Below are positions 17,900 through 26,458 of a stretch of DNA of 64,000 bases, piece after piece (position 1 is the stretch's first letter; each line of letters starts with the position of its first letter). The DNA is from an uncultured Candidatus Marinamargulisbacteria bacterium (lineage in GTDB: Bacteria; Margulisbacteria; Marinamargulisbacteria; CAZFTP01), in contig CAZFTP010000002.1 of assembly GCA_964521915.1 (NCBI GenBank), positions 159,675-223,674 of the forward strand. The letters are read 5' to 3'. The notes beneath the pieces are model-generated. The model saw nothing but the letters and a program-made list of their open reading frames with translations. It had not been told where the DNA came from and made no database searches. The position numbers and the translations under genes were made by a program.

Positions 17900-18739
17900 T
17901 CAAACGTTGATAGTTTCACCTGAGCAACTTTTGAAAGAAATAATCTGTTTATAAAGCTCAAAAAAATCTTCAAGGTTTAATTTTTCCCCTCTAATATCCG
18001 GATTTTTTTGGAAAAAATCAATTTTTTTAAAATCCGGATTTAATTTTAAGTAAGGGCTTTTTTCTAAACAATTAACTAAGGTTTTTCTTCTGGCCCAAAA
18101 AGCAGAACGAACTAAAGCAAAGAATTTTTCTTCATTAATTTTGTATTTTTGATTTATCGGCACTAATTCTAGGAAGCAAGAATCAACTTGTGGTTTGGGG
18201 AAAAAGCATTCTTTTTTTACTTCAAATAGTTTTTTGGTTTGGAAATAATAATTTGTATATACAGTAAGTGAAGTGTAGTTTTCAGTTCCTGGTAACGCTG
18301 TAATTTTTTGAGCAAATTCTTTCTGTACTAAAAAAATTAAAGAAGTAAATTTTTTGGGATAATTAATAAATTTTTTAATAATTTTGGTAGAAATATAATA
18401 GGGAATATTGGCAATAACTCTTATTTTTTTTTCAGGTAGCTGATCAAGATCAAATTTTAGAAAATCTTTTTCGAAATAAATGATATTGGTAAAATCAGAA
18501 AGACTTTGTTTTAGATTTGTCAGAAGTTCAGCATCAATCTCAACCGCATAGATTTTTTTTGCTAGGGGGGCTAATTTTTTGGTTAGAAAACCAGTGCCAG
18601 GCCCAATCTCTAAAATAATATCAGATTTTTTTAGATTTATAGATTTTACAAGTTTTTCAATAATGTTTTGGTCAAATAAAAAATTTTGGCCAAGAGATTT
18701 TTTAGGCTTGAGTTTATTTTTGTTGTTTTCTAGAGGCAT
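17900..18739 (-). CDS. rsmA: 16S rRNA (adenine1518/1519-N6)-dimethyltransferase
   Basis: SLGQNFL, EIGPGTG, NIPYYIST. Confidence 0.9.
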   Translation of the reverse strand: MPLENNKNKLKPKKSLGQNFLFDQNIIEKLVKSINLKKSDIILEIGPGTGFLTKKLAPLAKKIYAVEIDAELLTNLKQSLSDFTNIIYFEKDFLKFDLDQLPEKKIRVIANIPYYISTKIIKKFINYPKKFTSLIFLVQKEFAQKITALPGTENYTSLTVYTNYYFQTKKLFEVKKECFFPKPQVDSCFLELVPINQKYKINEEKFFALVRSAFWARRKTLVNCLEKSPYLKLNPDFKKIDFFQKNPDIRGEKLNLEDFFELYKQIISFKSCSGETINV

Positions 18740-19809
18740 TTTAAAGCGAGTTTAACAGCGTTTGCAAAAGATTTAAAGGAGCTTTCTTTTTCATAGGCTC
18801 TATCAAAAGCAGTTCCGTGATCTGGTGATGTGCGAATAAAGGGTAAGCCTAAAGAAATATTAACTGCGCTATCAAAAGCTAGTAGTTTTATAGGTATTAG
18901 TGCTTGGTCATGGTAAAGTGAGATAACAAAATCAAACTCTCCTTGAATAGCTCTAAAATAAACCGTATCTGGCGGTAATGGCCCAATAATGTTTTGATTT
19001 AATTTTTTTAAAAGGGGTATAATTATATCTTGTTCTTCATTTCCAAATAAGCCGTTTTCTCCGGCATGTGGGTTTAAGCCGGCAATGGCAATTTTTGGGT
19101 TTTTAATTTTAAGTAATTTGGCAAAAAGCAGAGTGTTTTCTATAGCCGAATTTAAGCTATCTGTTGTTATAAGCTTAGGTATTTCTTTCAAAGGTTTATG
19201 AATAGTCACTAAAACAGTCTTTAATTTTTTTGTCCAAAAGCCCATATTTACAGTTTTAGCTTTAGTTTTGTCTTTTAAGTAAGAAGTATGATCATGATAT
19301 TTTAGCCCAGCTAATTGCCAAGATTCTTTGCAAATTGGGGCAGTTACCAGAGCATCAGCTTCGCCGTTTTTAATTGCATCAATAGCTTTTTCCAGATACT
19401 GAAAGCTAGCCAAACCGTTTTCAGCTGAGGGTTTTTTGGTAATGAAGTTTTTTGAGAGTGGGGAACAATCAAAAAAAATGATTTTGTTTTTTACGGAGCT
19501 TTGATTACCCCTCACCCCTACTTCGTAGACCCTCTCCCATAATTGGGAGAGGGTTTTGTTGAAATAGTTCACTGTATCTCCCCCTCGCCCGATTGCGGGA
19601 GAGGGGGTAGGGGGGTGAGGGTTAAAGCTCAAGCAAAATAAAGATTTTAAATGAGAATGTTCCAACACCTGTTTTGATCCAAAAACCATGGGTATAAAAG
19701 GTAATTCTTTATTGGTAAGTAAAAGATGATTCAAATACCGAAAAACAATTTCCGGTCCAATTCCACCTGGGTCTCCTAAAGTAATAGCAATGGTAGGTTT
19801 TTTTTGCAT
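18730..19809 (-). CDS. pdxA: 4-hydroxythreonine-4-phosphate dehydrogenase, carrying a 39-aa in-frame repeat-derived insertion
   Basis: GDPGGIGPEI, GLNPHAGENG, SPDHGTAFD. Insert NPHPPTPSPAIGRGGDTVNYFNKTLSQLWERVYEVGVRG is encoded by the GC-rich palindromic element. Confidence 0.9.
   Translation of the reverse strand: MQKKPTIAITLGDPGGIGPEIVFRYLNHLLLTNKELPFIPMVFGSKQVLEHSHLKSLFCLSFNPHPPTPSPAIGRGGDTVNYFNKTLSQLWERVYEVGVRGNQSSVKNKIIFFDCSPLSKNFITKKPSAENGLASFQYLEKAIDAIKNGEADALVTAPICKESWQLAGLKYHDHTSYLKDKTKAKTVNMGFWTKKLKTVLVTIHKPLKEIPKLITTDSLNSAIENTLLFAKLLKIKNPKIAIAGLNPHAGENGLFGNEEQDIIIPLLKKLNQNIIGPLPPDTVYFRAIQGEFDFVISLYHDQALIPIKLLAFDSAVNISLGLPFIRTSPDHGTAFDRAYEKESSFKSFANAVKLALKCL
19505..19622. repeat. 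GC-rich nested palindromic element inside the pdxA reading frame
   Basis: Outer inverted repeat cccctcaccccta (19508-19520) / taggggggtgaggg (19608-19621). Inner hairpins ccctctcccataattgggagaggg (19530-19553) and ctccccctcgcccgattgcgggagaggggg (19578-19607). A partial copy lies at 42398-42436. Confidence 0.9.
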
Positions 19810-19840
19810 CGTTTTAATTAAAATGTATTTAATGTTTTTT

Positions 19841-19942
19841 CTTCCAAAATATAGGTCGAGGATTTTGAGAACGCCGTAAGGGGGCCCACGGGGGGATGGG
19901 TGGAGGCGTTCACAAAATTCTCGGGTCCCTGTATTTTGGAAG
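19841..19942. repeat. ~100-nt imperfect long stem-loop (35-38 nt arms, GC-rich loop)
   Basis: Left arm cttccaaaatataggtcgaggattttgagaacgcc pairs with right arm ggcgttcacaaaattctcgggtccctgtattttggaag. A half-copy lies at 42506-42535. Confidence 0.85.
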
Positions 19943-20021
19943 ATGATTTTCTTTGCTACTTTCTTTTTTCACAAAAAGAAAGTAGATATAGAAAAATTTT
20001 TGTTACTTTTCTAAAAGTAAA

Positions 20022-20306
20022 CTAATTCTTATGCCTCTTCTCCAACACCCCAATAATATCATCAAAACAAAGATTTTCCTGATGTAAAAAAACTAAAATA
20101 TGAAAAATTAAATCTGCGCATTCATTTTTTATTTCTTCTTTATCTTCGTTTTTACCGGCAATTACTAGTTCAGTAGCTTCTTCACCGATTTTTTGTAAAA
20201 TGCGATTTTTTCCGGCTTTAAATAATTTGGTAGTATAAGAATTCTCTGGTAATTGATTTTTTCTTTCTTCTAATAAGGTTTCCAGTTTATCTAAAAAATT
20301 ATTCAT
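20022..20306 (-). CDS. hisE: Phosphoribosyl-ATP pyrophosphatase (MazG-like fold)
   Basis: SYTTKLFKAGKNRILQKIGEEATELVIA..ADLIFHILV. Confidence 0.8.
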   Translation of the reverse strand: MNNFLDKLETLLEERKNQLPENSYTTKLFKAGKNRILQKIGEEATELVIAGKNEDKEEIKNECADLIFHILVFLHQENLCFDDIIGVLEKRHKN

Positions 20307-20354
20307 GTGGATATTGTAGAAACTTTTTGGCTAAAGTGCAATTATTTTAATTTT

Positions 20355-20432
20355 GTACCTTACATTTTTTGCGGAGCAAAAAATGTAAGGTACATAATAC
20401 CATACTTGATGGAGTTCTGCTCCATCAAGTAT
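20355..20432. repeat. Two adjacent perfect hairpins in the hisE/pdxJ divergent region
   Basis: gtaccttacatttttt-gcggagc-aaaaaatgtaaggtac (20355-20393) and atacttgatggag-ttctg-ctccatcaagtat (20402-20432). Confidence 0.9.
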
Positions 20433-20442
20433 ACTAGAACAC

Positions 20443-21135
20443 ATGTTATTAGGCGTAAATATTGATCATATTGCAACTTTACGACAAGCCAGGAAAGAAG
20501 GTGACCCAGATTTAATTTCTGCGGCAAGAGAGGCTATTCAAGGTGGTGCAGATGGAATTACCGTTCATCTTAGAGAAGACCGTAGACATATTCAAGATCA
20601 AGATGTTTACGATTTGAAAAAGTTAGTTCCTAGATTGAATTTAGAAATGTCTATTAGTCCGGAAATAGTGGCAATAGCCAAGGACGTTAAACCAACTTTT
20701 TGTTGTTTGGTGCCGGAAAAACGGCAAGAATTAACTACCGAAGGCGGTTTGAATGTAATAGAAAATAAAGATAGATTGATAAAAGTGGTAAAAGACCTTT
20801 CTCAAGTGGGAATTCACGTTTCAATTTTTATTGATCCTGATTTAGCACAAATCGAAATGGCAAAAGAAGTTGGTGCTGAATTTATTGAAATTCATACCGG
20901 TAAATTTACGATAATAGAAACCGAGGAAGAATTATTTCTTATTAAAAAAGCGGCTAAATTTGCGCATGATCTTGGTTTAAAGGTAAATGCCGGTCATGGT
21001 TTAAAGTATTATCATATTTCAAGAATTAAGGAAGTATCTTTTCTTGAAGAATTAAATATAGGGCATAGTATTATTTCAAGAGCAGTTTTTGTGGGTTTAA
21101 AAAAGGCTGTTCGCGAGATGAAAGATTTGCTATAA
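20443..21135 (+). CDS. pdxJ: Pyridoxine 5'-phosphate synthase
   Basis: LGVNIDHIATLRQAR, VHLREDRRHI, NAGHGL. Confidence 0.95.
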   Translation: MLLGVNIDHIATLRQARKEGDPDLISAAREAIQGGADGITVHLREDRRHIQDQDVYDLKKLVPRLNLEMSISPEIVAIAKDVKPTFCCLVPEKRQELTTEGGLNVIENKDRLIKVVKDLSQVGIHVSIFIDPDLAQIEMAKEVGAEFIEIHTGKFTIIETEEELFLIKKAAKFAHDLGLKVNAGHGLKYYHISRIKEVSFLEELNIGHSIISRAVFVGLKKAVREMKDLL

Positions 21136-21219
21136 TAAATCGAAGGGGATTTATTTAAAATAGTAATTTTCATTAGATATTTAGAATTATATTTTTTATG
21201 TTTTTACAGTAAAAATTTA

Positions 21220-21249
21220 GATAAAAGATATAAAGATAAAAGATATAAA
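21220..21249. repeat. Perfect tandem duplication of a 15-mer (gataaaagatataaa x2) upstream of a small ORF
   Basis: Units at 21220-21234 and 21235-21249 are identical. Confidence 0.9.
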
Positions 21250-21290
21250 AATGTTGTTTTCGTAATTTAATTATTATATGATGAAAGTAT

Positions 21291-21578
21291 ATGGATGTAA
21301 GACCAAATAAACAATTAACTGAATTTGAATCTTTAATATATAATCCTTCTACAGAAGGCATGGCAGAAGCTATGTCTGTTGTGTTGGGGATTAATAATAA
21401 AACCATTAGAATCAGACGATCAAAAATAAAAGATGTAGTAAAAGGGTTGTCTGAAATTGCTTATAATATTGGGGAAACTAATGATCCTGAAGCTTTTACA
21501 GAAGAAATGACGGATAATATTTATAATGCTTTTAAAAAAGTGCAAAGAAAAAAAGAGCGCGAAAAGAAAAAAAAGTAA
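21291..21578 (+). CDS. Hypothetical small basic-tailed protein, possibly HTH-like
   Basis: 95-aa ORF with codon usage like neighbouring genes. The segment GMAEAMSVVLGINNKTIRIRRSKI resembles an HTH. Lys-rich C-terminus. Confidence 0.4.
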   Translation: MDVRPNKQLTEFESLIYNPSTEGMAEAMSVVLGINNKTIRIRRSKIKDVVKGLSEIAYNIGETNDPEAFTEEMTDNIYNAFKKVQRKKEREKKKK

Positions 21579-21629
21579 AACCCATTACTAGACATTTATT
21601 TAATATTCCGCTAATATTTGTGAGTATTG

Positions 21630-21705
21630 GCCGGCGTAGCTCAGCTGGTAGAGCAACTGATTTGTAATCAGTCGGTCGTTGGTTCGATTCCGACCGCCGG
21701 CTCCA
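21630..21705 (+). tRNA. tRNA-Thr (anticodon TGT), CCA encoded
   Basis: Acceptor gccggcg/cgccggc, D-arm tagctcagctggtagagc, anticodon stem actga/tcagt with loop tttgtaa, T-arm ggttcgattcc. Confidence 0.9.
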
Positions 21706-21723
21706 GCAATGTATTGAAATTAA

Positions 21724-21796
<73 letters not shown>

Positions 21797-21846
21797 TATC
21801 TTAATGTTAGGTTTTAGTTTTGCCAAAATTTTTAACGAATAAATTC

Positions 21847-23724
21847 ATGAAAAGATTTTTTTTCCTATTTTTATTTTTTTTTATAACTACCAATGTTTTT
21901 GCTTTTGCACAAAAAGACAAATTAATTTTTGACGAAAATATTGTAATAAAAGCCAGAATAAAAAAAAGTTTTTTTAATATAAAAAGTGATATTAAAAATA
22001 TTCATTTCAGGAAAATTTCAGAGAAGTTTCCTGCAAAATATGATGATTTTCTAAAATGTTTAACACCACAAAATAATTTAATTACCAATAAAGCAGAAAT
22101 TATGGTTAAAGGGGAAAATAAGTATTTATTACCTACTTATATTAATGGAAAAGCTATTTCTGTTAGAGAAGATGGTCGTTTCTTTTATAAAGTTCCTGTG
22201 CAAAAAGGGGCTAATAATCTAATTTTAAGTTTTTGTACTCCCACTTTTGATGTGATCTCTATTAATAAGAAAGTGATTTATTTAGTCCCACCTCCTAAAG
22301 ATATTAATTTATATGATGCGAAGAATCGAATCTTTATGATTTATTATTTAAATAGTGAGTTAATGCATCCTAGTAGAAATGTTACGCATTTAACTCAATC
22401 TTTTACACGAGCTGATTTAGCTTATTTTTTATTTCAAATTAATAAACAGAAAGATTTTAAAGTTAAGACGCCTATTTTTATTGATGTTCCTATTAATTTT
22501 TGGGCAAGTTCTGCAATTCAATATGCAGTAGAAAAAAATATGATGCTAGAGTATCCGGATGGGCGGTTTTATCCTGAAAAATCAGTTGATGTTTTTGAGT
22601 ATGTTATTACCATGATTCGTGCTCTAAATTTGCAACAAGCAGAAGTTAAAAACGTAAAAATACCATATTTAGATATTGATCAAAAACATTGGACTACCAG
22701 ATATTTAAAAATAGCACTTAAAAATAATCTTTTACCGAAAAAGAATAAATTAAATGCATTAAAAGAACTTAATTACGGTGATTTTATTTCTTTAGCAATT
22801 AGATTGCCGAAAACCAAAGAAATTATTTTACAAACAATTGATTTTAATAGAATTTGTTTAGATACAGTTGAGTTACATAATTATTATGCCCAGATTAGAA
22901 AAAGATTAACAGATTTTCAAATTACTAATTTTGAAAAAAGTAGAATTGAATTTAGTGATCCTAAAAATAAAAAATTATATTTAGACCCAATAGTTTATTT
23001 TAAGGGGAGAATTTATCCCCCTATGAATTTTGAAATTAATAAAGAAAAAATTAAACCTAACATAAAAGGAGATTTTTTAATCTCTTTTAATATCAAAAAT
23101 AAAATTAATCATTTTAATATCAAAGTTTTTAAAGATAAATATCAAATTGAAACATATTATTTAGTAGGATATAAAGATTTAAAAACGCATTGGTTATCGG
23201 AAACTGCGGCAAAATTAAGAGATTTGCAACTTCTAGATAAGAACGATTATTTTTATCCTAATAAAGAAATTAGAAAATACGAATTAGCTAAATATTTATT
23301 AACGTTTTTTGATTTAAAATCTTTAAACAAAAGAAAAATTGAATTTTTAGATTTAACTTATAAAAATGAAGATTATCCGGCATTAAAAGTTTTAAATGAA
23401 TTAGAAATTCTTAAAACAAATAAAAAGGGACAAATTGAACCATATAAAATTACTACTAGATTAGAAGCTGTGGTAGCTATTATTAGAGCTCTTAATTTGA
23501 AGGTAGATGAGCGCAGTTTAGTAAAATTACCTTTTAGAGATATATCTCATAATCATTGGGCGTATAAAGATTTGCAAATTGCCTTAAGTCAAGGAATAAT
23601 TTCCGGAGCTAAAAATTTTAATGCTAATCAAAAAATAACTAAGGCAGAATTAGTAGCTTTATTGGCAAAAACTCCAATTATTAAAGATAAATTAGCAAAC
23701 ATTTTTACTGATGTTAAAAAGTAA
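21847..23724 (+). CDS. SLH (S-layer homology) domain-containing envelope protein
   Basis: Signal peptide MKRFFFLFLFFFITTNVFAFA from the ATG at 21847 (the ORF track uses TTG at 21820). Several SLH-like repeats, e.g. FIDVPINFWASSAIQYAVEKNMMLEYPDGRFYPEK and FRDISHNHWAYKDLQIALSQGIISG. Confidence 0.8.
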   Translation: MKRFFFLFLFFFITTNVFAFAQKDKLIFDENIVIKARIKKSFFNIKSDIKNIHFRKISEKFPAKYDDFLKCLTPQNNLITNKAEIMVKGENKYLLPTYINGKAISVREDGRFFYKVPVQKGANNLILSFCTPTFDVISINKKVIYLVPPPKDINLYDAKNRIFMIYYLNSELMHPSRNVTHLTQSFTRADLAYFLFQINKQKDFKVKTPIFIDVPINFWASSAIQYAVEKNMMLEYPDGRFYPEKSVDVFEYVITMIRALNLQQAEVKNVKIPYLDIDQKHWTTRYLKIALKNNLLPKKNKLNALKELNYGDFISLAIRLPKTKEIILQTIDFNRICLDTVELHNYYAQIRKRLTDFQITNFEKSRIEFSDPKNKKLYLDPIVYFKGRIYPPMNFEINKEKIKPNIKGDFLISFNIKNKINHFNIKVFKDKYQIETYYLVGYKDLKTHWLSETAAKLRDLQLLDKNDYFYPNKEIRKYELAKYLLTFFDLKSLNKRKIEFLDLTYKNEDYPALKVLNELEILKTNKKGQIEPYKITTRLEAVVAIIRALNLKVDERSLVKLPFRDISHNHWAYKDLQIALSQGIISGAKNFNANQKITKAELVALLAKTPIIKDKLANIFTDVKK

Positions 23725-25261
23725 AATACTGAATAAAATTCAAAAAATTATTAATGAGAAATATCATTTTGATATTCCTTTTATTTTGGATATTCCTAAT
23801 AACAATTTTGGTGATTACGCAACAAATTTTGCTTTTCAAATTGCTAAAAGTTTGAAGAAAAGTCCTAAGTTAATTGCGGAAGAATTAATTCAATTGTTTA
23901 ATCAAGAAACAGATTTGCAGGAAATATTTACTTGTTCAACAACTAATGGATTCATAAATTTTCGTTTAAATGATAATTTTCTTTTCAATGAATTCATTGA
24001 TTTCTTAATTAAAAAGCCGCAATTTCCGAAAATAGATAAAACTACAATTTTAGAATTTGTTTCTGCAAACCCAACCGGTCCATTACATATTGGCCATGGT
24101 AGATGGGCAGTTTTAGGTGATGTTATGGCTAGAATTGCTCGTTATCTTGGGCAATCTATTAACACGGAGTTTTACATAAATGATAGTGGTAATCAAATAA
24201 TTAATTTCAATAAAACTATCGAGGCTATTAGAAATAATCAACCGATTCCGGATGATGGATATCACGGACAATATATGTATAATTTAGCTAAAGAAACTGA
24301 ACCTTTAAAAGCCGTAGTTAAACACCAAAAACAAGTTCTCTCAGATTTAGATGTTAATTTTGATAATTGGTTTTCGGAATCTAATTTGTATCAAGATGGT
24401 ACTATTATTGAAGTCTTAACCCTTTTAAAACAAGCTGAATTAACCTATGAAAAAGATAATGCCTTATGGTTTAATTCAAGTAAATTTGGCGATGAAAAAG
24501 ATCGCGTTTTAATTAAGAAAGATCAAGCATATACTTATTTTTTAGTAGATATAGCTTACCATTTAACAAAAGTAAAAAGAGGTTATAACCGGATAATAAA
24601 TATTTGGGGTGCAGATCATCATGGTTATATCCAACGTTTAAAATCAGCGGTTTTAGCTATTACTGAAGGAAATATTAAACCTGAAGATTTCCAAGTTATT
24701 TTAGGACAACTTGTTAATTTATATCGTAATAGTGAACCGTTAAAAATGTCCAAGAGAACTGGGGAAATGATTACCCTGGAAGAAGTTTTAGAAGAAATAG
24801 GTAAAGATGCTTTAAGATTTTTTTTAATTCAAAAAAATGCTGATTTACATTTAGATTTTGATTTAGAACTTGCTAAGAAAAAGAGTAGTGAAAATCCGGT
24901 TTTTTATTTGCAGTATTCTTATGCTAGAATTTGTAGCGTTTTAGTAAAATTAGAAAAAACAGATTTAGATGTTAAAAAATTTATTGAAGTTAAATTAGAT
25001 GAATACGAAAGAAATTTAATTTTTAAAGCTTTACAGGTTTATGATGAAATTTATTTTTCAGGGGTTAATTTCAGCCCCTATAAATTAACAATTTATGCTT
25101 TAGAACTAGCTAAAACGTTTCATCTTTTTTATGAAAATTGTTCTATTCTTAAAGCTATTGAAAATGAAAAAAATAAACGAATTTTTATTTTGTTACAAGT
25201 AAAACAGGTTTTTGGCATAATTTTTGATTTATTGGGCATTACTAAATTAGATAGAATGTAA
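23711..25261 (+). CDS. argS: Arginyl-tRNA synthetase
   Basis: SANPTGPLHIGHGR (HIGH) and KMSKRTG (KMSK). Confidence 0.95.
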   Translation: MLKSKILNKIQKIINEKYHFDIPFILDIPNNNFGDYATNFAFQIAKSLKKSPKLIAEELIQLFNQETDLQEIFTCSTTNGFINFRLNDNFLFNEFIDFLIKKPQFPKIDKTTILEFVSANPTGPLHIGHGRWAVLGDVMARIARYLGQSINTEFYINDSGNQIINFNKTIEAIRNNQPIPDDGYHGQYMYNLAKETEPLKAVVKHQKQVLSDLDVNFDNWFSESNLYQDGTIIEVLTLLKQAELTYEKDNALWFNSSKFGDEKDRVLIKKDQAYTYFLVDIAYHLTKVKRGYNRIINIWGADHHGYIQRLKSAVLAITEGNIKPEDFQVILGQLVNLYRNSEPLKMSKRTGEMITLEEVLEEIGKDALRFFLIQKNADLHLDFDLELAKKKSSENPVFYLQYSYARICSVLVKLEKTDLDVKKFIEVKLDEYERNLIFKALQVYDEIYFSGVNFSPYKLTIYALELAKTFHLFYENCSILKAIENEKNKRIFILLQVKQVFGIIFDLLGITKLDRM

Positions 25262-25270
25262 GTTTTTTTT

Positions 25271-26458
25271 ATGGAATTAATTATTCACGAACTCAGTGAA
25301 AAACACTCTCAAAAAGGAATTAATTATAATCTTAAAAATTTTAGATATGCTTTAAAATTATTAGGTAATCCAGAAAAAAAAATAAAAAATGTTATTCATA
25401 TTGCCGGGACTAACGGTAAAGGGTCAACTTTAACTTTTTTAGCTAGTGCTTTAAAAAATAATGGTTATAGAGTTGGAACTTATACATCTCCGCATCTCGT
25501 AAGTTATTTAGAACGTATTGCCATTAATTTCCAATTAATTTCAGAAGAAAATTTCAAAAAAGTTTATTTTGAACTAAAAAATAAATTAGGTAAAACCCTT
25601 AATCTACTTACTGAGTTTGAAATTCTTACAATAATTGCTTTTTGTTATTTTCAAAAACAAAAACCGGATTTTGTTATTTTGGAAACCGGGTTAGGTGGAA
25701 GATTAGATGCCACCAACGTAGTAAAACCAATTTTAAGTATTATTACCAAAATTGGGTTTGATCATCAAGCAATTCTAGGCAATACGTTAATGAAAATTAC
25801 TCAAGAAAAAGCCGGCATAATGAAATATCAGACACCAATAATCACAATAAAACAAGATAAAAAAATTATTGAAAAGTTAAACCAAATTGCAACTAAGAAA
25901 CACTCTGAATTGATGATTGTGAACCCGGTTAGTAAAATACCAGCTGGTTTTTTATTAAATGCAACTTACCAAAAAGAAAACTTAGCCTTAGCAAAAAAAT
26001 CCTTGGAAATAATTAGAAAACTTGGCTTTAAACTTAATAAAACTCAAAGTTCGGTTGGTTTAAAAAGCGCTAAAATTAATTGTCGTTACGAGAAAATTTG
26101 TTTTGATAATAAAACTATTATTTTTGATGCAGGTCATAACCCTCTTGGTATAAAAAGTTTGTTGAAAAGCTTAAAATTAGAATTCCCTTATGAACAAATT
26201 ACCTTTATAGTTGGTATTATTAAAACAAAATCATTTTTTGAAATGCTTAAATTAATATCTACTAGCTATAATGATATTTTTTATTGTGATTTTGAGCCAG
26301 GTTTTTCTTATTCATACCAGGAAATTAATAGATTGTTTCCCAAAATTGAACCATATTATTTGCACGATCCAATACCTGATATCAATAACATAATTGTTAT
26401 TACTGGTTCGATTTATTTTTTAGGAAGCTTTCGAAATAATGACGCGTTTTCTATCTAA
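25271..26458 (+). CDS. folC: Folylpolyglutamate synthase / dihydrofolate synthase
   Basis: HIAGTNGKGST P-loop and Mur-ligase-like layout. Confidence 0.9.
   Translation: MELIIHELSEKHSQKGINYNLKNFRYALKLLGNPEKKIKNVIHIAGTNGKGSTLTFLASALKNNGYRVGTYTSPHLVSYLERIAINFQLISEENFKKVYFELKNKLGKTLNLLTEFEILTIIAFCYFQKQKPDFVILETGLGGRLDATNVVKPILSIITKIGFDHQAILGNTLMKITQEKAGIMKYQTPIITIKQDKKIIEKLNQIATKKHSELMIVNPVSKIPAGFLLNATYQKENLALAKKSLEIIRKLGFKLNKTQSSVGLKSAKINCRYEKICFDNKTIIFDAGHNPLGIKSLLKSLKLEFPYEQITFIVGIIKTKSFFEMLKLISTSYNDIFYCDFEPGFSYSYQEINRLFPKIEPYYLHDPIPDINNIIVITGSIYFLGSFRNNDAFSI

Noticed and set aside
21173-21406. 77-aa minus-strand ORF overlapping the tandem 15-mer and the 95-aa ORF start
   Set aside because: Its sequence is dominated by translation of the tandem repeat (YIFYLYIFYL) and AT-rich spacer. 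It is very unlikely to be coding.
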